The notes beneath the pieces were generated by a model. That model saw only the letters and a list, made by a program, of their open reading frames with translations, was not told where the DNA came from and ran no database searches. Below are positions 1 through 11,176 of a stretch of DNA of 64,000 nt, one piece after another. Both the position numbers and the translations under genes were made by a program. Source of the DNA: Camelus dromedarius (lineage: Eukaryota). Every line of letters starts with the position of its first letter. Position 1 is the stretch's first letter. The DNA is taken from contig NC_087442.1 of NCBI RefSeq assembly GCF_036321535.1, forward strand, positions 29,822,001-29,886,000, given 5' to 3'.

Positions 1-1660
1 ACAGCATAATGTTTTTTTTTATTTTCTATTTAAAGATGATGAACATTTTAATATCTCATACCAAATGCATATTTCTATATTTTAAACTTCTTTCTTCTAC
101 ATAGAAGAATTTCTTAGCTAAGTTAATTTACCTCCATTTAGAGGGTTTCATCTTTTTTATTAGCATGTATTGATTCTAGTTTTTAAATTGATTGCTCCTC
201 CACTATTACCCTTTCTTGTACTCACTGACATTATATGAAAAATGTCTTAATGGTTTTGAACTCTTAAATTTAACTTTGGGGTAAGTTTCCTTTCCTAAGG
301 AAATGATCCATCCAAGAGAGGAAGCATGATTGTCACAGAGCTGAAGCTGGAGCATAAACCACTCTCTTGCTCTGTTTTTTATCTCTCAAATCCTATGCCC
401 CTCTTGCTACCATAAAAAGCGTCTTGGTGGTGTCACCAGCTCAGGCTTCATCAGCCTTCTTTAGAAACAGAATAGACTGGACTGACCACATAAAGCTCCT
501 TTAGATCTATGTTTGTAATAAAAGAGTAACATCTGTAAGATGTATTTTGCCCAGCAAAGGAAAGCATGATATAAAAATTGTGACGTATTTTTTCTTATAT
601 ATGAATAGAAGAAAAAAGATGTAAAAGATTCAGAAACATATTAATAAAGAGTAATAAAGCTTTATAAAACACTAAAAAAAATCTGATTATAGTTAGAAAT
701 ACAGGTAGACCAAAGTTTTTATAATGGCCTGAACTTTGGCCTCAAGTAAATGAAGTGAACTTGTCCCCATCAAAATATTCTTTGCTTATTCCATAGCCAT
801 CATATAAAAGAAAAGTCTGCAAAGAGGTCCTGTAAGTTCGAATCACTGAACTCTACTTATTTGTATTTAGAGACAAAAACAGGAGAGCCCTCATAATTCC
901 ATCATGAACAATAAGAACAATAATTTTAGAAACATGCCAATTTCCTTTGATATTCAGCTGCAAGGAGCTCTTTGAAAGAACTTTCCAGTCATACTTATTT
1001 TGGAGATGCAGCTGGGTAATTAAACACATGTGGCAGGAACAGGATGGCCTCGTTTCCTCAGCATTTTCCTACTCTACTCTTCAAAGGGAGTGTGAAAATA
1101 TTTTTGTAAAAGGATGGGATTCCCTGGGTTTTCTAATAGTTGAAATTAGTTACTCCTCATTAAAGTGTTACATTTTCCCCTCTGGATGGAGCACCTCTGT
1201 TTCTCCTAGCTCAATTTTTTTTTTTTAATTCGAAGGAATTTTTTTATGATTACCTAATGACCGAGCATATTAATATGTAACATTGTACTACGTTTTTGTG
1301 AGGTTCATAGTAGATTAGTTTGTTACCTATTGAAAGAGTCAACGGAAAAAAAGGACCTTAACCAGAAAATTAGAAGAAATGATCATTTAGAAATGAATTT
1401 CTACATCAAAGTAGCATCACCTAATTTAGAATGATTTATAATTTACATTTTATTTTTTACTTCTTTGTATTTTAATTTTGTCAGTAGTGAATATTTGTTA
1501 TTTGTGTGATAAAGAAGAAAGAAATAGAAAATGAAGCATTTACCTATTTCATTTTACTAATAAGACAAGGAAGGCAAGATTTAAGAACGTAAAAGACTTT
1601 GGTCTTTAGCATATTATTCTCTCTGTCAGATATATTTTACCATTATTAGCACCATTTAGG

Positions 1661-1868
1661 TCTGTGTTGCTCAGCAGAACTTTCTGAAATAATGGAGACA
1701 TTTTGTGTATGTGCTGCCCAATACTCTAGCCACTTGCACCTAATGGCTACTGAGGACCTACAAAGTAACTATTGCAACTGAGGAAATCAATCTTTAATTT
1801 ATTTAATTTTAGCTAATCAAAATTGATATAGCCATGTATGGCTAATGCTTTCCATATTGGACAATTCA
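1661..1868 (+). mobile_element. MER3-like hAT-Charlie DNA transposon relic
   Basis: cagaactttctg..aatactctagccact..gcaactgaggaa..tagccatgtatggcta..tattggaca follows the MER3 architecture. Confidence 0.75.
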
Positions 1869-1922
1869 GACTTAGATGGACCCAAAACAAAAATCAGTCA
1901 CAAGCATCTAAAAAGTATTGTA

Positions 1923-2133
1923 AGATAGGGGTATGGGATTAAGAGATACAAACTGCTATGTATAAAAATAGATAAGCAATGAGGATATATTGTATACCAC
2001 AGAGAAATATAGTCATTCTTTTGTAATAACTTTAAATAGAGTATAATCTATAAAAATATTGCAATCTATAAAAATAGTGCTATATACTTCAGACTAATAT
2101 AATACTGTAAATAAACTATACTTCAATAAAAAA
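1923..2133 (+). mobile_element. 5'-truncated L1 3' end (cetartiodactyl type) with TSD
   Basis: gggattaagagatacaaact..aataatactgtaaataaactatacttcaataaaaaa. TSD AAAAAGTATTGTA (1910-1922) / AAAAAGCATTGTA (2129-2141). Confidence 0.8.
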
Positions 2134-3529
2134 GCATTGTAGCACTATTTGTGATCACACAAACCTACATTTATTTACACATAGTTCTTTGAATGTTTAT
2201 TTTCTCTAAAAATTATTAGGTAAGTGGAAGTCCATACTTATCAAAAGTGAACTAGAATTTTACTATAACACTATTAATTATAGGCAAAATTAAGAATGTA
2301 GTTTAGAACTAAAATTAAATACTACAAGAACCTTAAAAACCTGTAAGATAGTCACAAGCCATTGTTCTTGATTCTAGTATTTCAAAAAAGCTCAAGTGTA
2401 TGTTAAAACATGTTAGACTCTTAACAACTCTAGTAGCAGGGGAAGGAAATAAGCTAGGAGTAAGCAGGACAGATACTGTTGAAACTTCCAGCAATGGGAC
2501 CTACCTTGCATGAGCAGTGAGAGGTGTATAGTAAGACCGATCGTGGTTTTAATGAGTGTTGCTGTGGAAGGAGGTATATGTAAGTGTGAGCTAGTATTAC
2601 TAAATCAAGTAGATATTTGAATTTATGAGTAGGGAGCCTTTAATCACTATTATTGTTTCTGGCAGGTGCAGGAGTTTTTTGTAAGTCATAAGGCAGAGAG
2701 GCAGAAAGATAAAGGGTGAACATTTGGGAGTGGCTGGGGGCTTGAAGAGTAGACCAGGATGTGAATAGAATTCGTACTACTCCCCAAAAGCCAATGGACA
2801 TTATTCCAGGACTTTTTAAAAAAATATATTTGGCCAGTAGAATGGTTTGCATTTTTTGGCATTGAGGGGAGGAGAGATGATGGTGACAGGAAGAAAATCA
2901 GTTGTCTACATTGCTAATTGTCAGTCTATTAATAATTTTTTTAAAGTAAATTTCAAGAAGAAAGATTGTTTGTTTTGTTAACTCCTGTTCACCTGTATCT
3001 CCTGTATCTACAACACTTGGTTCAGTGTCTTGCATGTTGTCGGTACTCTGTAAATATTAATTGGTAGAATAAATAAAAAGACATTTTAAAGGAAATTGGC
3101 TGTTGTAGTGAATATGGCCTCATGCATTGGTCTGGATGTTGGAAAAGATGCCCTTTAAGATCTTCCAACTCTGAGATGATGTGATTTCATGTATAAACAA
3201 CACTTGATATTTTAGTTCTAGCCAAAACATCTGGATATAAGGCTAATGTAATTTCCTAGGACTCTGAGCGTTATTTGCTATAGCCACATAAGTATTGTTT
3301 GAACTTTTAAAAAATTAACATAAACATATTAGCTCACTTTAATAAAGCATCATATTTTTAGGATCAAAGTGAATCAACAGATTCTAGCAGTATGCAAGTC
3401 AGTGTTTTACTCTTTATTATTTTTCAAAACTCTCCAAGAAATGAATTTGGTATTTTTAGTGATCTGAATCAATTAAAAGAAAATTAGTAATGGAAAGTTG
3501 CTTTGGGGTACACCTCATCCTCTTTAACA

Positions 3530-4200
3530 CTTCCTTCATCTCTTTATTCACTCTTGTCTGTGTGGAGACACCCAATGCTCTCGTATCTCCTCACTTACCT
3601 TGTAGGACAAACACTTACTTAATGAATCTCTCCCTTATCTCCTATCATGTAAGGTCTACACTTGTTAGCATTGCTTACATAGCCCCTCCAGGGTCTGATC
3701 TCTGCCAGTCCCTTTGACTTTGTCTGCAGGCAGGGCCATACTGAGGCACCTTGGGTTTCCTGAATCCGTGTGCCATGTGGTGTCACAACCCTCCTTTACA
3801 TGTGTTTCAGTCACTTTTCTCTTCATTGAGAGCTCTTTATTCCTCCCTACCCAATATCAATATGCCTGACGAATTGCATTCTGTTTTGTAGGCAAATCTT
3901 TCTCTCTAATCCTCCCTTGTTTTCTTGCCGCCTCTTATATCATACTTGTCACTCTATAATAGCACTTATTGCAATGTTCTGAAGTTTAAAAGTTTTACAA
4001 GTATGGGACTCCAAATATACTGTCAGGCTACGAATAAGTAAAGAGCAGGAAACATGACTTAGTTATGGAGCTTAGATGGCTACTCCAATGGAAATGCCAT
4101 AAGGGTAAAGACTGGATCTGTTCCACTTACCACTGTAATACAAGAGCTTAGAACAATATCTGACCCACTGCAGTTGTTAAATGAATTTATCTTTATATCC
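3530..4200 (+). mobile_element. Degenerate L2 LINE fragment
   Basis: Pyrimidine-rich L2-like body and a degraded L2 3' end (cactgtaatacaagagcttagaacaatatctg..ttaaatgaat). Confidence 0.45.
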
Positions 4201-4439
4201 AATATCTTTCATAATAGAGAGAATTCATATTTGCTGAATTATTGAATGCTTGAGAAGTTCTAAGTTCAGTCCCGGGGCTACTGGCAGCCATGCTTGATCT
4301 TAAGAGTTCATCTGACTATGAAGTTGGCATTGAAATTTGTAAGTGAAAATGCTACATCGTATGCTTTAGATAACATAATTGTAAGTAATTGAACCACATA
4401 TTCTTCAAGACTAGAATAACCTTAAAGGCTACTTCTTAT

Positions 4440-4660
4440 TGACATATTGACAATGCATTAGGCACTGTTCTAGCTCATTTTTATTAATTTATTGTTACCA
4501 GTTCATAACATTGTGAGGTAAATATTATTACCCCCATTTTACAGATGATGAAACTGAGGCACAGCAAGTCTTTATGATTCCCTAAGGTCACATAGCTAGA
4601 GGATACAGAGCTGAGAGTCAGCCCAGGCAATGTGATTCTGGAGTCCTTTCTCTTTATCTC
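4440..4660 (-). mobile_element. MIR SINE
   Basis: Core cccccattttacagatgatgaaactgaggcacag..aaggtcacatagcta. Confidence 0.85.
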
Positions 4661-4719
4661 CACATTATCTGCTCCTTTATGATGTCTTTATAGTCTTTTT
4701 CTATGATAACCACTTCTAC

Positions 4720-5275
4720 TCATGGGGATCCTTAACTGTAAATTACAGAAAACTCATTTCAAATCACTTAAACTGTGTAGAGGATTTATAGGCTCATGTA
4801 AACAAAATGTGCTGAGATAAGTCAGACTCTAGAATAGCTTATCTTAGCTCTAGTTCGGTTCCCTATGGTTCTCACAGTTCTTTATTTCTCAAGATGTCAG
4901 CCTTATCCTCAGCTAGAGGGAGGAACTCGTAGGGAGCTGACTATAGTTGTTCTAGGTGCCATCATCCAGAGGAAGCAATATTATCTTCAGTTGTTTCCCA
5001 GAAGAGAAAGTTTCTATTATAGAAGCCCCTGCTAATACTTTTCTAGCCTCACAGACAGAAATTAGGTACCAATTTCTGTCTCTAGTACCAATGACCAGTG
5101 GATGGGCTTGTGCAGGTTGGTGAATGCTGGAGCTGCCTGACTCACCTCTTGATCCAGTGATAGAGTGGGCTTTCCCTGAAGCACACAGCTCCTCATGGGA
5201 CATGTGAAAAGCAAACTGAGGGAGGTTGTTACCAACAGATGGGGAAGTTGATAGTAGGCAGGGAACCCCAATGCT
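4720..5275. mobile_element. Old ERVL-MaLR LTR (MLT1J/K-like)
   Basis: acagaaaactcatttcaaatcacttaa..gatttataggctcatgtaa motif and MLT1-like body. Confidence 0.55.
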
Positions 5276-6059
5276 CACTACATCCCTTATTTTGAGGATA
5301 TAGAGCCTCAGAGATATTGTGACTTATCACAAAGTTGATTAGAGATCTATCTGTCTTTCAGCTATAAACCTTTAAATTCCAACAACCTCTTCAAGGAATC
5401 TTTTAAAATCATGTCTTATTGGAATTCTTCTGGGGAAATAGCATTTATCACGAAATAATTTTTTACAAAATATGAAAATATCAAGACTTCTAAGAAATTG
5501 GAATTTTAGTTAATTATAAAAGAGAAAACAGTTTGGAAATAAAACTGATAATTATCTAATTCTCATTGTATATTTAGAGATTGTATATGTTGTATATATA
5601 ATGTATTGTATATTATATAATACCTTGTAATTATAAAAACAGTATAATATTCTACTATGTAGTACAAACTGCACCATAGCTTACTACTTTATATTTGATT
5701 TTAATTTTGTTGGGAGCCCATATACAACTACAAGTTATTAAAAAAACCTCTCTGAAAAGTAAGTGGTTGGGATATATTGCAGAATATCTGCTAATCAGTC
5801 CATTCCAGTCTCAGTTCTTCTCTGTTTCATTAAAATTGTATTTGCCATGTTTAAAGCTGATCTCAAAGCTAACTCCAATAGGCATGCATTCATCTGTTCC
5901 TTCATTTAGTGAATTTTATATTTATTGAGGGCCACGCACTTGAGGAGAGTGTTAAGTACTTGTCAGTTGTATTTGAATTCTCTGCAGATTCTCAGGCTTT
6001 CTTTCCTAAGATGTTTTCTCCTAATTTGCTCATCCTTCTCTGACTGAGCCTTCTTACAT

Positions 6060-6600
6060 CCTACTAGCAGAGCAAATTTTATAAAATTCAAATTCAGTAA
6101 TACCTTATTTCTGCTTAAATACCTTCAATGTCTTCCTGAGAACTATAGGGAAATGTTCAAAATCCTTAGACTGTCTTAAAAATGTTTTCACAAGATAGCC
6201 TGGACCTGACTTCCCAGTCACATCTTGTGTCACTTTCTCACACATACAGCCCTAAACCCTCCCTACTAAACCCTCACTGTGCTTTAAACAGATTTTTTTT
6301 TAAATACCAAGCCTTTGTACATGCTGACTCTTCTTTCTGGGAGATCCTTTCTGCTCTTCTCCGTCTATCTACATCCTACTCATGCTTCAAAAACCAGCTC
6401 AAATTTTACTCATTCTGTGGCTATTCCTGCAAACTCTTTAGGCAGAGTTACTTATTCTTTACTATATTTCCACGAAATTTGATGTGATGATATTGTTCTA
6501 TTCCATACATCATATTATAATCTTTTGCATATCTTTCTTATGAAATGAGATAGTGTTGATCTTTGTAACCCAGAGTTATCATTTATCAATGCACCAATCT
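6060..6600 (+). mobile_element. L2 LINE fragment
   Basis: gcaaattttataaaattcaaattcag..ccttcaatg..gcctttgtacatgctg..tactcatgcttcaaaaaccagctcaaa. Confidence 0.6.
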
Positions 6601-7188
6601 GATCAATACATTGACCAATGAGCATTTTCTTTCACTGTTTCTAAAAAAAAATATTTATTGAGTAGTTTTCCTGGGCCAGGCACTGAATTGGTATTGAGCT
6701 TCAAAATATGGCACTGGACTTCATTTTATTTTTAGTAATCCAGGTGCTTTTTGGACAGTTTGATGTTTATTTTGGCTTTGGTCATCTTCCAAGGTGTATC
6801 TTGCAAAGTGAGAATCACCATTGCCAGAAGTTGATTGTGTACTAGTTTTTCTCCCCCTGTATTTAGAAATGTACTAACAGGGCAAGTGTGATTTGATATC
6901 CTTCCAACATACTATTTATGATGGTGGCAATTCAATAGTAAAATAGTTGGCATTTCTCTCTTTTTCTCCCAGATAATTCTTATGCTTCATATAGTTGAAT
7001 GTAACAAACTTTGAATTTTTCACATTTCTATCTGCCAATTATTGACTGCAAAGTTTCAGGTAAAAAAATGAAAACATACTTGTTTTGAATTAAGTTTCTT
7101 ACTTGGCCTTCAGATTATAAAATTTTATTAGAAGCTTTTTTGAATTACTCTAAAGATCTATGAATTTGAAAAATGTATTTTATGAAAT

Positions 7189-7206
7189 AAAAATTGCAGT
7201 ACACTT
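7189..7206 (+). repeat. Left target-site duplication of PTBP1 retrocopy (AAAAATTGCAGTACACTT)
   Basis: Matches 10249-10266 AAAAATTGCAGTACGCTT (17/18). T/AAAAA junction resembles an L1 endonuclease site. Confidence 0.93.
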
Positions 7207-7285
7207 GGTCTATAACTCAGAGCCGTTTGGTCGGTTCCTGCTATCCCGCGCCTCCACTCCGTCCTCCGCGGGTCTCCTGTGTGCA

Positions 7286-7480
7286 ATGGACTGCATCGTC
7301 CCAGATATAGCAGTTGGTACAAAGCGGGGATCTGACGACCTCTTCTCTGCCTGCTTCGCTAATGGCCCGTTTATCATGAGTAGCAGCTCGGCCTCCACAG
7401 CAAATGGAAACGACAGCAAGAAGTTCAAGGGGGACAGCAGGAGTGCGGGTGTGCCCTCCAGGGTGATCCACATCCGCTAG
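7286..7480 (+). pseudogene. PTBP1: Residual N-terminal PTBP1 frame (64 aa, includes NLS-bearing region), ended by premature TAG
   Basis: [64 protein letters not shown]; the parental sequence continues KLP. Confidence 0.9.
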
Positions 7481-7584
7481 CTCCCCAGCGACGTCACCAA
7501 GGGGGAGGTCATCTCCCTCGGGCTGCCTTTCGGGAAGGTCACCAACCTCCTGATGCTGAAAGGGAAAACCAGGCCTTCATTGAG

Positions 7585-8004
7585 ATGAACACCGAGGAGG
7601 CGGCCAACACCATGGTGAACTGCTACACGTCGGTGACGCCGGTGCTGCAGGGCCAGACCATCTACATCCAATTCTCCAACCACAAGGAGCTCAAGACCGA
7701 CAGCTCCCCCAACCAGGCGCAGGCCCAGGCAGCCCTGCAGGCCGTGAACTCGGTCCAGTCCGGGAACCTGGCCTTGGCTGCCTCGGCTGCAGCAGTGGAC
7801 GCTGGGATGGCGATGGTCAGACAGAACCTGGTGCTCAGGATCATCGTGGAGAACATCTTCTACCCGGTGACCCTGGATGTGCTGCACCAGATCTTCTCCA
7901 AGTTCGGCACCTTCCTGAAGATGATCACCTCCACCAAGAACAACCAGTTCCAGGCGCTGCTGCAGTACACCGACCCCGTGAGCGCGCAGCACACCAAGCT
8001 GTAG
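7585..8004 (+). pseudogene. PTBP1: Residual PTBP1 frame covering C-terminal RRM1 and most of RRM2
   Basis: [44 protein letters not shown]...[25 protein letters not shown]..; ends at a TCG>TAG change. Confidence 0.9.
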
Positions 8005-8170
8005 CTGGACGGGCGGAACATCTATAACGCCTGCTGCACGCTGAGCATCAACTCTCCAAACTCACCAGCCTGAACGTCAAGTACAACAACGAAGAGCCGC
8101 GACTACACGCGCCCGGACCCGCCCTCCGGCGACAGCCTGCCGGCGCTGGACCTGACGGAGGCCGCCGCCT

Positions 8171-8968
8171 TTGGTGCGCCAAGTATCACGTCCGTCCGCC
8201 TCTCCGTACGCAGGAGCTGGTTTCCCTCCCACCTTTGCCATCCCTCAGGCTGCAGTTCTCTCTGTTCTTAATGTGCATGGGGCCCTGGAGCCTCTAGCCA
8301 TCCCTTCAGCTGTGGTGGCGGCGGCGGCGGCGGTGGCAGCAGGCCAGATCGCCATCCCTGGCTTGGCGGGGGCAGGGAATTCTGTCCTGCTGGTCAGCAG
8401 CCTCAACCCCGAGAGAGTCACACCCCAAAGCCTCTTTATTTTTTTTAGCGTGTACGGTGACGTGCAGCGGGTGAAGATCTTGTTCAACAAGAAGGAGAAC
8501 GCCCTGGTGCAGATGGCCGATGGCAGCCAGGCTCAGCTGGCCTTGAGCCACCTCAACGGGCACAAGCTGCACGGGAAGCCAGTGCGTATCACGCTCTCCA
8601 AGCACCAGAATGTGCAGCTGCCCCGCGAGGGCCAGGAAGACCAGGGCCTCACCAAGGACTACGGCAACTCGCCCCTGCACGTCTTCAAGAAGGCTGGCTC
8701 CAAGAACTTACAGAATATCTTCCCGCCCTCCGCCACCCTGCACCTCTCCAACATCCCGCCCTCTGTGTCTGAGGACGACCTTAAGATGCTCTTCTCCAGT
8801 AACGGCAGGGTCGTCAAGGGGTTCAAGTTCTTCCAGAAGGACCGCAAGATAGCCCTGATCCAAATGAGCTCCGTGGAGGAGGCCATCCAGGCGCTCATCC
8901 ACCTGCACAACCACGACCTGGGCGAGAACCACCACCTGTGGGTGTCCTTTTCCAACTCCACCATCTAG
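8171..8968 (+). pseudogene. PTBP1: Residual open PTBP1 frame: linker plus RRM3-RRM4 to the natural stop
   Basis: [20 protein letters not shown]...[21 protein letters not shown]...[12 protein letters not shown]...[12 protein letters not shown]. The track start is TTG; first in-frame ATG is 8513 (151 aa). Confidence 0.9.
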
Positions 8969-9213
8969 GTCCCCAGGACCAGCCTGCCGGGTGCCTGGCC
9001 ACAACTTCCGTCATTCCAGAAAAAAGCCACTTTAAAAAAAGCAGCTGAAGTGACCTTAAAGACCAGAGGGTTTTTGTTTGTTTGTTTGTTTGTTTGTTTT
9101 TAAGAGAAATCAGTTTACTTGTTTTAAAAAAAAATTAAATCTAATTCATTTGCTCACCTGGGGGAGATGGTGTGCAGGCAAGGACGGCATCCCCTGCTCC
9201 CCGCCCCTCGCCT

Positions 9214-9274
9214 GTGCCTTCTGTAGCTGCGGGGTGCACGCTCCCAAACCTCCATGCAGCTCTCTTGTGCCTTA
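9214..9274 (+). promoter_or_regulatory. miR-124 seed matches in the PTBP1-derived 3'UTR (GTGCCTT 9214-9220; GTGCCTTA 9267-9274)
   Basis: Exact seed complements seen. miR-124 repression of PTBP1 via its 3'UTR is established; function here is unknown. Confidence 0.6.
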
Positions 9275-10220
9275 AACCCACTGCTCTGGCAGGGCCTTCT
9301 TGGGGTAGCAGGCGTGGAGGGCTTTGGAGACCCAAGGGGTCAGCCTCCCCTGGGATCATGTGCCTGGTGTGGCAGGAGGCTGTGAGCGGCCAGACCTGGC
9401 CAACACCCCAGATCCTTTAATCAAGTATGTGATTCTCCCCCAAGCCCCAGGGCCCCTCCCAGGGCGAGACCCCAGGGCATATCCCTGGCGCTTCTTCAGC
9501 TTTGTTTTCACCGGAATCTTTGTATTACGCTTTGATGCAGCTGCAGACGTCTGTGCCTAGCAATATTTCCAGTTGATCAAATATCCTAATCTTTCTCATT
9601 TATATGCAAAAGAAATAGTTTTAGGTAACTTTTTATATAGCAACATAAAAATGGTATGAGTGTATCTGAAGTTTCTCCAGCAAGTTATATCTTGTATACT
9701 ATTATTTTATTCCTTGTAACGAAGTTGCAGGGCAGGATCCAGCCTCGGGGCAGATGCCGTGGCCGGCTGGGTGGCCCCCACTTGCCTTACTCACACCCGA
9801 CGGTCCTCAGTCAGGGAGGACAGGCGCTCTTAAACTTTCAGGGTTTCTTTTTTCCTGCAAATTTTGGACCAAAGTTTTGTTTCTGTTTTTTGTTTTGTTT
9901 TGTTTTGTTTTTTCCCGTCTGCCTCTAACGCTGCGACCCCAGGAGCTGGGGCAGCCACCCTCTGGTCTTAACTGCCTTGTCCTGCACTTGTGCTGGCCAG
10001 CCCTCCCTGGGGGTCTGGGTCCTGAGTTTCCATGTCGGGTGGAACAAGGGTGTAAATATTTGTAATTTTTTATACCTATTGTAAGTCACAAGGGACAGCA
10101 CATGCAGTTTTTTATGGTGATAGATGTATATTTTGATAACAGCGGTTACAGGCTCAGTGTTGTAAGGGGAGCAGGCAGAGTCCACTGCCCGCCGCTGGTT
10201 TGTAATGTGGAGAGAACTGA

Positions 10221-10226
10221 ATTAAA
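10221..10226 (+). terminator. Polyadenylation signal ATTAAA carried by the retrocopy
   Basis: Lies ~11 nt upstream of the A-rich tail. Confidence 0.8.
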
Positions 10227-10248
10227 GCAATTTTATAACAACAACAAC

Positions 10249-10266
10249 AAAAATTGCAGTACGCTT
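10249..10266 (+). repeat. Right target-site duplication of PTBP1 retrocopy (AAAAATTGCAGTACGCTT)
   Basis: Immediately follows the decayed poly(A) tail; matches 7189-7206. Confidence 0.93.
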
Positions 10267-11176
10267 AAGTGATTTTTTAAAATTCCATTGAAGAACAAGC
10301 TTTGGGATCATAACTTCTGATTCTGAATCCATCAAGTCATGCTGCTTTTGATTACAAATATTCTTATTTTAAACATACACAAAATATGAAAACCTTATGT
10401 CATTTCCTTATCAAAAATAATTAATTATGAGCATCACATTGAAAAATTGTTAGGTGTATTTCAGAATTAGTTCAGTCATTTTTAGTTACTATGGAATATA
10501 TTAATCTTCCTTCCTAATCAGTAATTTCAGAAGTGGGGTTGGACTTTCTTTTCAAATTTTCAAACAGTACTTTGTCATAAGTGATTTTCTTACAAAGACA
10601 GTTTTGATTCTTCCCTCTTTACAATTACTAGTTCTTTGCCTAGAGGATGAATATATTCCACTGAAGCATAAAGAAACACTATCCTTACCAAATTATTATT
10701 GTAGCAAATAAAATTAGGACAACACATACCACACCCTTGGAGAAATTAGGATTTTAAAACAACCCAAATCTTGGTTAATGCTGAATGATCATTTCGCAAA
10801 GAATGTAATATTTCTAAGATCATCAGCAGGGGAGTCTAAGCAAGACAGTCTGAATTTTGATGTTGAGTAGAGAGAATTTAATCTTCTTATCTATCCCTCT
10901 GTAAATAGATTTGAAATGCAGTGCCTGTTGAATTTTGTGTTTGTTAGTCCCAAATGTTAGAGAGCTAGGGTGTGACCTTTTTGGTTTTTCTCTGTCTCTC
11001 CTTCTCTCTCTCTGCCAGTCCTGAGGAATGTAGTCTTGCAGTACAAAGTTGAGTGTTAGACAATAAAAGACAGAACATGGTAGGCATGATTGTTTTAATT
11101 TGTGGCTGCCAGTTGTCACTAACAGGCACTAGACTGTACCTGTGTTTCTAAAAATTGGACTAAGGATCTCACCACA

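Larger units (their letters stand above)
7207..10253 (+). pseudogene. PTBP1: Processed pseudogene (retrocopy) of polypyrimidine tract-binding protein 1, near full-length mRNA copy
   Basis: Intronless PTBP1 CDS from ATG 7286 ([18 protein letters not shown]...) to TAG 8966-8968 (...VSFSNSTI). The 5'UTR (GTCTATAACTC..GTCGGTTCCTGCTA) and ~1.27 kb 3'UTR are included. ATTAAA at 10221-10226, A-rich tail 10237-10253, flanking TSD. Disablements: AAG>TAG 7478, -1 at ~7565, TCG>TAG 8002, -1 at ~8053, -2 at ~8092, +4 (GTCC duplication) at 8190-8197. GC/CpG-rich island in an AT-rich background. Confidence 0.97.

Noticed and set aside
7160-7480. 106-aa ORF starting in the flank and running into the PTBP1 N-terminus
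   Set aside because: The upstream ATG is in AT-rich flank with no promoter evidence; it is a chance in-frame extension that ends at the premature stop.
7210-9004. Minus-strand ORFs over the retrocopy (e.g. 7477-7992, 8306-8680, 8659-8964)
   Set aside because: Antisense shadows of GC-rich coding sequence; no independent protein similarity.
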